From positions 293,446,001 through 293,510,000 of the forward strand of contig OZ024741.1 in NCBI GenBank assembly GCA_964016885.1: 64,000 bases of DNA, given 5' to 3'. The stretch's first letter is position 1. Every line of letters starts with the position of its first letter. The notes beneath the pieces are model-generated. The model saw only the letters and a program-made list of their open reading frames with translations. It searched no databases and had not been told where the DNA came from. Both the position numbers and the translations under genes were made by a program. Origin of the DNA: Eledone cirrhosa (taxonomy: Eukaryota). Below are positions 1 to 13,603 of the stretch, in pieces.

Positions 1-224
1 ACCCCATAAGGATAAAATGCAAAGCTAACCTCGGCGGGATTTGAACTCAGAATGTAAAGGGACATAATTGTATGTATGTATACAGTGATACTTCACAGTT
101 CGAATTTAATGTGTTCCATTTTTATAGCTGAATTCGGATATGATTTCTGAAACAACTGTAAGCCAATGAATATATTAGTTCAAGAATTCGGTATTGCATT
201 ATCTAACATTTAATTTACGAATGA

Positions 225-531
225 CTATGGGATTTGCACCTAGAAAGATTCCCTCCGAGGCACAAGTCCGAGCGAGGTTGTTTGTGGAAGACAAGCAGTC
301 GCCCATGCATACAGGTCTTCCCTTGCTTTGCCCTGATGTCCAAGGGAAAAGCAAAGGCTGATACAACTTGGCACCAGTGACATCACAACTCATTTCTACA
401 GCAGAGTGAACTGGGGCAACGTGAAACAGTGTCTTGCTCAAGAACACAACGCAAAGCCCAGTCCGAGAATCATACCCACAACCTTGCAATTATAAGCCTG
501 ATGCTCTAACCACTAAGTCATGCACCTTCAT
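225..531 (-). mobile_element. CORE-type SINE variant (same tail as 46010-46345)
   Basis: tRNA head gacttagtggttagagc plus CORE-like gttcttgagcaagacact; the tail is homologous to 46140-46280. Confidence 0.8.
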
Positions 532-613
532 GTACATACATAGATAAATATACACTATATATATGATGGCTGCCCCTCGTTATTAAGTATGGCCATTGCA
601 CGATATAATTATT

Positions 614-795
614 AATTGTTTCTACTTTAGGCACAAGACCAGCAATTACCCAGTACATTACTGGTACTTTATTTTATCGACCACGTAAGGATGAAAGGCA
701 AAGTTAATCTCGGCGGGATTTGAACTCAAACCGTAAAGGGATGTAACTATGCTAGAAAGCATGGCGTCCAACCCTCTACCGATACTGCCAATCAA
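614..795 (-). mobile_element. SINE family A copy
   Basis: Reverse complement of the 13005-13182 consensus. Confidence 0.88.
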
Positions 796-1189
796 TTAAG
801 CTATCGTGCAATGCCTGTGCATGAAGTTTTTTTTAAAGTGAGGAAAGACTGTGCACTGAGCCAATCCCACTCTCTGAGCGACAGTATCTATAACCCAAAA
901 AGAAGAAAAGATCAACATCATCGGTAATTACTGAGCCGCAGGTTTTATGTCAGAGTTATCCCAGTTTCCTGAGTTGCCTTCTCCTAGAAGAATGCCCTGA
1001 CAAAGGTTAGGGGCCCTTCACCCCCAGTGGTTTAGCCATGCAGTCGGGTATCCAGCCCAATTATTCCTGTGTCCCCGTGCATATATACACATATGTATAC
1101 ATGCATATACATATATACATATAAACATACATACATATGTATATACATATTTACACATTTTTGGATGGACGTTAACTCTTATGAATTCT

Positions 1190-1347
1190 TCTGCCCTTTG
1201 TCAGGTTTTGTTTTTTGTCTTGCAGGGTGTCCAAAATCACCCTCCTCACCAAGTAAACTTAGTGGGGTTGTCGGTTTAGTCGCTGACGACCTGACAATGC
1301 GACAGGTTGTTCTGGGTTACATGTTACCGTAGCACTCAAGAGTGACC
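1190..1347. repeat. Interspersed repeat with an inverted copy at 12449-12610
   Basis: ccctcctcaccaagtaaa..ctgggttacatg..gcactcaagagtgac is the reverse complement of 12449-12580. Confidence 0.8.
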
Positions 1348-1750
1348 AGACATAAATAGATATGTATACACACTATATATATACATACATATATACATAC
1401 ATACATATATACATACATATATACATACATACATACATATCTATATATATATATATTGAAAGGATAACAAGGACGATTGGTTACTCCTTCATTACATTTA
1501 TTGGTAGGTGACGCGCGTTTCGACACTGATCAGCTCAAGGTTCGATCTGTATCGATCTTACCCGACTCAATAATCGACAGCTCGACCGACCCTTTAAAAT
1601 GGTATAAGAAAATGAATACATGCTATGTGATGAAGCTATACACTCTGTATAGCTCTACACCTCAACATAGAAGTGAACCTAAACATCGAGTGCTCACCGG
1701 GTGAATCTGCAGTAAGTACAAGTTACACTCCCTAGATATATATATCTAAT

Positions 1751-4534
1751 TAAGCTTAGATTAGTTGTAGGTAGGAGACTACTGACAATCATCTCGGCCT
1801 ATGCTCCCCAAGCAGGCCTAGGAAAAGATGAGAAAGACTGCTTTTATGAGCAACTTTTGCAAACAGCCGCAATGACAGAGGACGGAGACATCGTTATGCT
1901 AGCAGGAGACTTCAATGGTCATGTTGGACAGTTCCAGGATGGTTACACTGGGGTACATGGTGGGCACGGTTACGGTTCAAGAAATGAAGAAGGAGTGAGA
2001 CTTCTTGAATTTTGTGATGCAGGTACATTGACTATTTGCAACACAAACTTCCAGAAACCTGCCAATCACCTAATAACCTACAAATCTGGTGAGCACATAA
2101 GCCAGATTGACTTCTTACTAGTTAGGCAGCGGGACAGGCAGATAGTGTCTAATACCAAGGCATACCCTGGGGAAGAATGTACCCCACAGCATAGGTTAGT
2201 TGTTAGTGATATCTCAGTAAGCAAGAGATGGAATGAGACATATAGGAAGGTGTGGAGAAGAAAGGTCTGGAAGCTAAAAGACCTTTCACTAAAATACAAA
2301 TTTAGGAAAGCCCTTCAAGATGTATATGACAAAAAAGAAGACGATTTAGAGACGTATGACATAGATAATAACTGGAAATTCTTACGTGACAACTTGCTGC
2401 AGGCTACTGATGAAACTTGTGGCTGGAGCAGAGCTCCAACCAGACAGAGAGTGACCTGGTGGTGGAACAGCACAGTAGATAAGGCTATTAGAGACAAAAG
2501 ACTAGCATGGAAGGCTTGGAAAAAGGGTGGGAGTAGGGAAGAATATACAGCCACTAAGAGAGAAGCTAGACGTCAATTGTACTTAGCACGCAGGGAGGCA
2601 GAGAGTAGGAGGTTTGCCAATGTTATGCGACGGGAAGATCAGAGGCGTGCGGTGTTCCACATTGCAAGGCAGTGTGTCAATGCAAATCAGGATGTTGTTG
2701 GAGATAAAAGTGTCCGGGATGATGCCTGTGTACTTAGTGTCACGAATGATCAGAAAAAGGAGGCCTGGAAATGTCATTATGAGAGACTGATGAATGTGGA
2801 GAACAAATGGGAGAGAGAGAAATTAGCCTTGGTAGATCCGACAGAGGGACCAGCTATTGAGATTGACGAATATAGGGTCCAAGAGGCGATTAGGGAAATG
2901 AAAAATGGTAAGGCTGCCGGACCATCGGGAATAGTTGCTGAGATGCTGAAGGCATCAGGGGACGTAGGCACTAAACTGGTTGCACGCATCATCAATCAGG
3001 CTATATATGGTGGTGTCATACCCAAAGACTGGTGCAGCAGTATTCCGATAAATTGCTACAAAAGTTCAAAAGTTTGGAGAGGAGCAATTATAGGGGTATA
3101 AAACTGATAGATCAGGTTATGAAAGTGGCAGAAAGCATTTTAGCACAACTAATAAGAGAAAAGGTCAAACTAGATGAGATGCAGTTTGGTTTTGTGCCTG
3201 GGAAGAGTACAACAGATGCCCTCTTCTTGGTGAGACAATTGCAAGAGAGGTTCTTAGAGAAAAATAAGCCACTATACTTAGCCTTTGTTGACCTAGAGAA
3301 GGCCTTTGATAGGGTACCCGATCTGTCATCTGGTGGTCCCTAAGGAAGTTAGGTTTTGAGGAATGGCTTGTGAGGACAGTGCAAACTTTGTACAGAGGTA
3401 CTCTCAGTAAAGTCAGGGTAGGAATGGAGTTTAGTGAGGAATTCCAGATACAAGTAGGAGTACATCAGGGTTCGGTCCTCAGCCCGCTCTTGTTCATTAT
3501 AGTCCTCCAAGCCATAACAGAGGAGTTTTAGACTGGCTGTCCATGGGAACTTCTCTATGCTGACGATCTGGTTCTTAGAGCAGAATCAGTAGAGGAGCTA
3601 GGGAATAAATTCTGGCTATGGAAACAGCAGTTGGAAGCAAGAGGACTGAGAGTGAATCTAGCTAAGACAAAAGTGTTGATGAGTAGAAAAGAGGACAAAA
3701 CCCTGATTCCGTCAGGGAAATGGCCATGTTCGATATGCAGAAAAGGAACTGGCATAAATTCTATAAAATGCACACAATGCAGATCCTGGGTACACAAGAG
3801 ATGTAGCGGGATAGCAGGCAAACTAACAGGTAGGGAGAAATATGTATGCAGTAGATGTACAGGGAAATTAGACAGTAGAAGTCGCATTGATAGACACATT
3901 TTTCAAATGCAGGAGGGCGCTATAGAAGTGGTGGATAGCTTCCGGTACCTAGGAGATCAGATTAGCATGGGAGGAGGGTGTTCCGAGGCCATAGTATCTA
4001 GAATAAGGACGAGTTGAAAGAAGTTTAGGGAGTTGCTTCCTCTGTTGACAAAGAAGGATTTCTCCCTGCGTACGAAAGGCCGGTTGTATGATGCCTGTGT
4101 GAGGAGCACGATGCTGCATGGTAGTGAGACATGGGCAGTAACTGCAGAGGACATGCGACGGCTGGAGAGAAATGAGGCTAGCATGCTCCGTTGGATGTGC
4201 AGTGTAAATGTGCGTGAACGACCCAGCTTAAATGTGTTGAGAGAGAAACTGTGTCTGAGAGGGATAGAATGTAGTGTACGGGAGAGGAGACTGAGGTGGT
4301 ATGGACATGTGATGCGCATGGAGGATGACCGATGGGTGAAGAAGTGCCAGGAATTGCCAGTTGAAGGAAGACGTGGTAGAGGTAGACCACGAAAAACATG
4401 GGCGGAGGTGGTGAGAACAGACCTCAGATCATTGAAGCTCACGGTGGAAATGACGAGGGACCGTAACGAGTGGAGAGATGCTGTGCTGAATAAGACCCGT
4501 CCCACCCTTGCAAGCAGGGAAAAGCGGACGTAAA

Positions 4535-4568
<34 letters not shown>
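1751..4568 (+). mobile_element. RTE-clade LINE, 5'-truncated and disrupted (APE endonuclease - RT - PHD-like finger - C-terminus), (GAT)n tail
   Basis: APE motifs AYAPQ, GDFNGHVG, QIDF and HRLV; RT motifs QFGFVPG, FVDLEKAFD, VHQGSVLSP and YADD (3556-3567); RTE C-terminal RRLRWYGHVMR...GRGRPRKTW. Frameshifts near 3065 and 3320, stop at 4015. Confidence 0.95.
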
Positions 4569-4569
<1 letters not shown>

Positions 4570-4925
4570 ATATATATATGCAGAGATTCATTTCTTCGCT
4601 CGCTTTTCTTCACTATCACTATTCATAATCTTGTCTTTCTTTCCCCCCTTTTTATCACTCTTTTTCTTTCTTCTTCTCTCTTTCTCTTTCCTTCTCTCTC
4701 CCTTTCACTATTCTTTCTCTCTCCCTAAACAATATTTTTCTCTCTCCCTTTTATATCTCCTTTTCACTACTTTCTTCCAACAGTTTAATTTAAATAAACC
4801 ATTGTTTTTACAATTTTTCTGACACTCATTTGCATACTCCCTCATAACTTGAATCACCCCTAATAACATATTATTCCCACTACCCAGCGAACCTCAACCG
4901 TTAAGGTTGTCTTTATGCGGGTATG

Positions 4926-4995
4926 TCAATATTTATTTATAAAACAAATTTGTATTTTATCTGATGAAAGCACACCATAATTTGCCTTGGTTGCC
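4926..4995 (-). CDS. Candidate next/terminal exon (R)ATKANYGVLSSDKIQICFINKY*
   Basis: T-rich tract plus tttcaag acceptor, phase 2 compatible with the micro-exon. IDRATKANYG is spaced like ferritin IKKPDRDEWG, but the early stop makes it doubtful. Confidence 0.2.
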
Positions 4996-5676
4996 CTTGA
5001 AATATATATAATAAAATAATTATGGTTTTATAAATATAGTTTCCATTTATTAATATATATTGTATATATATATATATATAATATATACACATTTTAGTAC
5101 AGCATTAACGAAGCTTTAGGTTGCGGCTAAGCTAACGAATGCAAACTCGGAATGAGCTTTAGCACTCGATGGAGAATAATATCCCAGAGTAATAACAATA
5201 CGTTTAGGCAGCTTTGCAAATCAAATATAGCGATCGGCAGTCCAGCCGCATTGCCATAGCAACGAAAAAGACTGGACTCAGGAAAAGATTTTTGACAGAC
5301 CTGGACCATCACGCGGAGACCGAATGCAATACATAATGCATATCGTATAGCATACGATATACATCACATACAACATACAACATCCAACATCCACGCTAGG
5401 TTTCTGTAAATACGAAATCGACTAATTCCGTTTGCAGGAGTCTGCAAGTTAATGGCCTTTGACTACAGAACAAAGGATTTACTTCCTCAACAAGTCTTGC
5501 GTTCTATAGCCTCAGCGGGTGTGTTCTAGCAGTAAATTTCGCTATAGACACGTGGTCTTCTCCTGGGTAGCCTGGCGGTGAATTCGAAATTTGAGACAAA
5601 GGAATGAAATTCCCTTAGACAAACGGAATTAAGAACTCAACCAGAAGTTATCAAACAAACATAAACATTTAATCAA

Positions 5677-5983
5677 TCAATAGAAATATATATGTAAAAC
5701 AGAGAATGTCTGTTTGTCTGTCTGTCCCCCTAAAACTCGAGTTCCACCCAACCGACTTTTTTCAAACTTTACACATGTAATACTTATGGTTATGTGAGTG
5801 TTTTGAGCAAAATCTATTTCAAATTTTCAATACCCTAGGGACCGCATTAGGCGCCGGTTAGCGATCTTTCTCACTTTCTTAATCTGTCTTTTTTTTATAG
5901 ATACATAGCTATATATCTGTCATATCTGTCTGTATGTCTGGCTGTCTGCATTACGACATTATGAAGACATTGACTTCGCTATC

Positions 5984-6021
<38 letters not shown>

Positions 6022-7534
6022 GTGTAGGGAACGTCTTCACGAACCAAAGTATCGTCTTCCTGTTTTCCTTCGGTTGCAACGTTTTCCGAAATATCTACTT
6101 CTGCGTTCACAGATTGATTTTTTTTAGTTTCAGAAGATCCCGTTAAGAGTGAAAGCAGCGATTATTTGCTTAAACTTTAATCTGTTATTTTAATATATAT
6201 ATATATAATTATATATTCGTGTACAGATATTTTTGCATACACAAAAACAAAATATAAACAAACGTATTTATTTCACGAAAGCACAGACGGCTTATCGTCA
6301 TTGTTACTGCCGATATGCCACCCAAAAAGTCCCACTACTTTTGGCACAAGGCCAGCAATTACATAGTCAACAGTTCGGAAATCACATGCATCACTGACAA
6401 CTTTACTCCTTACTCTACCAGTTAGTCTTAGTGTACTTCGTCCCGCTTTTAGGTCATGCCTCGAAGGAAGAGATACTTGGCCGAAATACTGCGAAAGTGG
6501 CAAGAACAAGGCAGGCAAACGAATCGTCAGTGGAATTCCAATAATGCTGCTTCGGAATCTGGGGCCACCAAAGCTATGCAACGGCACACGACTGGTTGTA
6601 AAAAAAATTGCTGCCCCACCTTATCGAGGCTACTATTTTTTCAGGATGTGGACAAGGGGACGACGTATTCATTCCACGAGTTCCTCTCATTCCATCAGGA
6701 GCGGCCATTCCATTTTCCTTTCGGAGGCTTCAATTTCAAATTCATGTCAGCTTTGCAATGTCTATCAACAAATCCCAGGGTCAGACCCTTGCTGTTGCCG
6801 GTCTTCTTTTGGAAGAGTCATGTTTTTCACACGGGCAACTATACGTTGGCTGTTGAAGAGTGGGAAGCAAGACAAATCCCTTTGCATTGGCCCGACATGG
6901 AAGAACAAGGAACATTGTGTACAAGGAGGTGCTACAATCATTTTTTAGGTAGACGAGGCAGAAGGGGATATACATGATTGGCTGAAGAAGGACGACCAAC
7001 TGCTGCTATCACACCAACAGCAGCAAAAACAATGACAAAAAAGAGAGGGAATGCAATTACATGCTTTTGAAAAATCTTAATGGAAAATTATTTGCCTATT
7101 CCCCCAAGACGACCTCACGTTTTATTAGGACTTCTGCATCAATTGGTGAACATACGACGAAACTGTTTCTAAGACCCCTTTTGTTGCACCTACACCGCAA
7201 TCTGAACGCCCTGCGCAAGTACGCCGAATAGCGGTTGTACTAATTCCACAGTGACCCCTTTTGTTGCACCTTTGTTGCTGTGTAAACGCAGTGCCACCCA
7301 GGGTTTGTGCTAATTTCACAATGACCTCCTTCTGCTGCAGCTGTGTTGCCACGCTGATTTCGTCCTCTCAATATCCCTAATTAAACGTACATGGCTACTT
7401 GGTTTTCACACAATTGCCTCATTCCCTCAGAATAAAGGAATTCAAAAAGTACACAGCTACATTCCTCAATCTTTGCATATGCGTGTTGCTATTTCACATT
7501 TCCTACCCCGTGCAACACCTGGTCCTGCTTCTAG
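5677..7534 (+). mobile_element. Internally deleted (non-autonomous) Helitron with a Pif1-family helicase C-terminal remnant
   Basis: 6544-6950 encodes MLLRNL..LCNGTRL..VFIPRVPL..FAMSINKSQGQT..FSHGQLYV with a frameshift and a stop. The 3' end CCCGTGCAACACCTGG...CTAG|T lies at 7507-7535. The 5' end is Helitron-like (aaaacagagaatgtctgtttgtctgtctgtc); its boundary is approximate. Confidence 0.85.
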
Positions 7535-7838
7535 TATATATATATATGCGTGTGTGTGTGGTTTCATTCATTGAATTGTGGCCATGTGCTAGTACACTAC
7601 TTTGAAGTGCCTAATAGGCTAAAATACTTATTTTTCTGAAGGATGAAGGGACTATATGGATTTAAGTGGGATTTTAACTTTGAATATTCATTGTTTTGAT
7701 GACAGATTCTTGATTCTCCCAAACACAATATTTATCAAGAACAACAAAAACAAGAAGTAGAAAAAATAAAAATAAAAAGCTTAATAATTGTAGTTTTAAA
7801 AGAACTTGAACTTTCTTTACATCTGTTGCTATTCATAC

Positions 7839-7849
7839 CTGTCTATGAT
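7839..7849 (-). CDS. Candidate 11-nt micro-exon (IID-R) of the ferritin-like gene
   Basis: cccag|ATCATAGACAG|gtatga after a 57-nt intron. Gives MYIIDR, comparable to ferritin LQDIKK. Confidence 0.35.
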
Positions 7850-7906
7850 CTGGGTTACAATCAATATATATATTAAAAAAATAAACTGAATTAATTCTAT
7901 ACTCAC

Positions 7907-8038
7907 ATACATCCATAATGCATTTGTACGTCTGCTGATGTAGTGAAATATATCCAGGTAATTTTGATACTTTATATTGGCCAATTTTATAAAGAATTTC
8001 TTGAGTGCATTTAGATTGTGAATTTCACTATTTTGTGC
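7907..8038 (-). CDS. Ferritin-like gene exon, helix B: AQNSEIHNLNALKKFFIKLANIKYQNYLDIFHYISRRTNALWMY
   Basis: Polypyrimidine tract plus AG acceptor, GTGAGT donor, 132 nt, phase 0/0. Aligns by eye to ferritin [36 protein letters not shown]. Confidence 0.72.
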
Positions 8039-9127
8039 CTTAAATTTAAAAGAAGAAAAAAACAACGATTAAAAAAGCAAGACAATATTGAAAATTTGAT
8101 GGGGAGGTAAGCATAATTGATTGAATCGATCCCTCAAAATATTTTGTATTCATTTTCACATTAGTGATAAAGGTATATATGAAAATTGGCAACATTTTAA
8201 CTGAGAATGTAGAGCATTATGATACACACAAAAAGTCAGCCTGGTTTCATTGCTCTTCTTTCGTTTCTGATAACCCACTCAAATTTCTTTTCTGTGTGGA
8301 TGAAATAAAAAAAACAACATGCAAATAGATTTTTATTCATCAAATTCCATCCAATTTCTGTGCATATTAGTGCATCAAGCAGCAATTCTATTCCAGTATT
8401 TTTGATCGGGAGAGTGTTCTTCATGTTTTCCCCAATGTCTGTTGAAAGACCTCTGGTCCTCTTCAATGATTCAACACCACATAGATAGATTGTGTTTTCC
8501 TGTCTTCTTCCTCCTGTTGGTATTCAACTCCATCTATTTGTTGGTGTCAAATTCTTCATTCCATCAACATGTTTTAGATGCTTCAAGATGCTGTTTTTTT
8601 GTATTTTTTTTGTGTGAAGACTAACATTATATGGCATATAATATATTCAAAGGCAGTTGTGATAGATTACAGCCTGACAGTTTATGTCTTATATATACTG
8701 CTGCACTAAGTTTGTAGGCATGGCATGTAGCTATTGTTTTATTAAAACATGCATACATGTACTCATAATTCATGAGGGAGTTGTAGGGGCACCATATTGA
8801 AATACAATATTTCTTAGGGCATTTTTAATTCTATGCCACAAAACATGGTGTACGATGCTCTACCGATACTGCCAATACACCACTGCCCTTACCCCAAAGA
8901 ACAACAATGAGAAAAGATAGTAAAGTAGGAAAATATTTAATTAGGCGCCAAACTATGCATAAAAAATCTTACATGAGATGTAATTCCCAATCTGTGTTGG
9001 AAGACAGGAATTCTGTTGAAGTACTGAGTTGGCTTGTAATGACATTCTCAATCCATGTTAGCATGGAAAAGTGGTCATTAAAATTTGACATTGATGATGA
9101 TGATATAACATTTGAAGAGCTACTTAC

Positions 9128-9204
9128 CATATATCTGTAATATAATGCAGCTTTAAAGTGTATCACCATCATTTTGTTCATTGCCTCGGTATCTTCAGAA
9201 TTTA
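9128..9204 (-). CDS. Ferritin-like gene exon, helix A: (L)NSEDTEAMNKMMVIHFKAALYYRYM
   Basis: Acceptor tcattctcatttattgcag and donor GTAAGT; 77 nt, phase 1 to phase 0, and only one frame is open. Aligns by eye to ferritin [21 protein letters not shown], with the intron after the Met as in vertebrate ferritin intron 1. Confidence 0.75.
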
Positions 9205-10141
9205 CTGCAATAAATGAGAATGAATATTACGAGTAGTATTTGACATCGTAACAAATTTCTAAACATATAATAATGGTTTCTGATTTAGGCACAAGGCCAA
9301 CGATTTTGAGGGAGGGGAAATTCAATTACATCAACCCTAATACATAACTGGTACTTTATTTTATCGATCACAGAAGAATGAAAGGCAAATTTAACTTTGG
9401 CAGGATTTGAACTCAGAATACAAAGAACTGTAACTAAATGCCACAAACACAACGCTCTAACAATTCTGCCAACCCCCCACCATGATAACGACAATGGTTT
9501 CTGATTTAGGCACAAGGCCAACAATCTTTTGGGAAAGGGAAAGTTGATTAAATCGACCCCAGTGCATTACTGGTACTTTATTTTATCGACCCTGTAAGGA
9601 TATGAAAGGCAAAGTTAACTTTGACAGGATTTGAACTCAGAACATAAATGGCTGTAATTCAATGCTACAAAGAGTGACCTGTGGTTATACAACATGCCAT
9701 TGTGTCAACATAACAAAGGGTTCTTACTTTAAATGATGGTGGAGGGATTTAATTTAAATGTGAACACAAATCAGGATTTGTATAATAGAAATATTTTCAG
9801 TTGAGTATACTGGAACAACGTGAAATAAAGTATTTGGCTCAAGAAAGCAACACACAACCTAGTTCAGGAATTCAACTGATGACATTATGATCATTAGTCC
9901 AACACACTTACCACTAGGCCACACACCTCAACCTGCCAATTGGTTTGGTTGAAATACAAAGTTTACTTTGGCATGATAGGAGCTCAGAAAGCAAGGATGT
10001 GGAATAAAGAATGGAGGACATTTTGTCAGACACCTTCATAATCCCCTCTGTTAATTTGTCAACAAATTAATTAGGAAAAAACCAAGAAACATGAAGTAAC
10101 TTCAACACAAACAAAATATAAAACAATAAATCATAACTTAC

Positions 10142-10205
10142 ATTGAAAGGTGTGAATCGAAGAGAAGACACAGAAAATTACTACGAGACAAATAAAACTT
10201 TTCAT
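10142..10205 (-). CDS. First coding exon of a secreted ferritin-like gene: signal peptide MKSFICLVVIFCVFSSIHTFQ (exon spans 10142-10280 including 5' UTR)
   Basis: Acceptor ccatttacag at 10281, ACAAAAATG start context with an in-frame upstream TGA, hydrophobic signal-peptide-like N-terminus, GTAAGT donor at 10141-10136. The phase-1 end matches the next exon. Confidence 0.75.
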
Positions 10206-10458
10206 TTTTGTTATTGCTGGTATTCAATGATTTATAATATCGTCTTTATAAAGTCTTCACTTGTCAGGTGCAGGAATATTCTGTAAATGGCAATGAAGAT
10301 GTGCAAATGTGCCAACGTGCAGATTTTAAAATAGTTGGAACTAAAGCTGGTGTCTTGAGTTTATATAAGTTTCAGAAATAATGAAAAACAACAATAGCCA
10401 CTCAAACAACATGCATGAAGCTGAGAGTCGTGTACACACACACACACACACACACATG

Positions 10459-12330
<1,872 letters not shown>

Positions 12331-13004
12331 CACATGCACACAGACACACACAGATATACACACCCACACACACAACTCAGCCCTAATGAAAAAACAAAAT
12401 TAATGATTTTGAGCTTTTGATCCCTGTTTACCTTACTCCTAATATAATGTCACTCTTGAGTGCTACTGGTAGCATGTAACCCAGTTCAACTTGAAGCATG
12501 GTCGGGTCGTCGGTGACTAAACCAGCAACCCCACCAAATTTACTTGGTGAGGAGGGCGATTTTGGATACCCTGTAGGACAAAAAAAAAAAAACAAAAGGC
12601 AGAAGTGCTCATAAGAGTCAAAGGCCATATGAAAAAAAGAAAGAAAAAAAAAATCCTGCCAAATCAATGGGTGGCAGTAGCTCCAGCTGCACGCATCAAA
12701 AGACTGGTATAGTGGTTCTGAGAACCACTATACCAGTCTTTTGTAGATGATCAATGCAAATTGACAATTGAAAGGTGCACCTGCTCGAGTTAGAAGAGAA
12801 CTATTGACCTCCAGAAGAAGCAGTGACTCCTGATTGTATTCAATAACCAAAGCAAATATGAAGTACACCAAATCCAATGCTCCTAAGGGCGGCCCTGATT
12901 CTTATTTGCGAGTGTAAACTCGGCCTGATTAGATTACATTAATATAAGATTAATAATCCTGTATTTCTGTTAATTATTTTGAGTAACATATATTCTATTA
13001 TTAT

Positions 13005-13182
13005 TGGCAGTATCGGTAGAGGGTCGGATGCCTTGCTTTGACATATAGAGTTACGGCCCTTGCCATTCTGAATTCAAATCCTGCTGAGGTTAACTTTGCC
13101 TTTCATCTTTACAGGGTTGATAAAATAAAGTACCAGTAATGCACTGGGTATGTGCTGGCCTTGTGCCAAACGTAGAAACAAT
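13005..13182 (+). mobile_element. tRNA-derived SINE family A, representative copy
   Basis: A-box-like tggcagtatcggtagag, B-box-like g(a/g)ttcaaatcc, and central gcctttcatcc..gggtcgataaaataaagtaccag. Other copies: 1-62, 614-795, 9283-9480, 9495-9670, 17868-18050, 18063-18246, 34878-35058, 37073-37252, 37268-37378 (all -); 23900-24050, 43925-44090, 48630-48720 (+). Confidence 0.88.
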
Positions 13183-13603
13183 TATATATATAAACTATAA
13201 TATCTGGATTGAAATATGGATGAAGTTGATATTTTTTTATGATATAATTTTAGAAAAAATAATGTCATGATATGATGTGGGTAGCATTAATATATGTATG
13301 TATTGTATTGCAAAATATAAAAAGAGTTCACTGCAAACAATCAAACTCTAAGTGTTTTCATTTATAAGTGTTTGTTGTTTCCATACAATAGAAAATTGAA
13401 TTTGTCTGTTATCCTCTTAGTGGTAACTTGATCATATACAGTAGTTTAAACACAAATGGTTAAGTTGATAGAGTATATAGACACAGAAGTGCTGGTACAT
13501 ATTGTGTGATGTCCTTGTTTATACCACTAAACACCTTCAATAGACTACAAATACAAACAGTTGCTGATGGTGAGCATTCATGTAGTTGTGAGTTCAATTC
13601 CTA

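Noticed and set aside
1505-1541. Minus-strand gctgatcagtgtcGAAACGCGCGTC hammerhead-like motif
   Set aside because: The CTGANGA core is broken and the stems are not convincing; at most a decayed PLE terminus.
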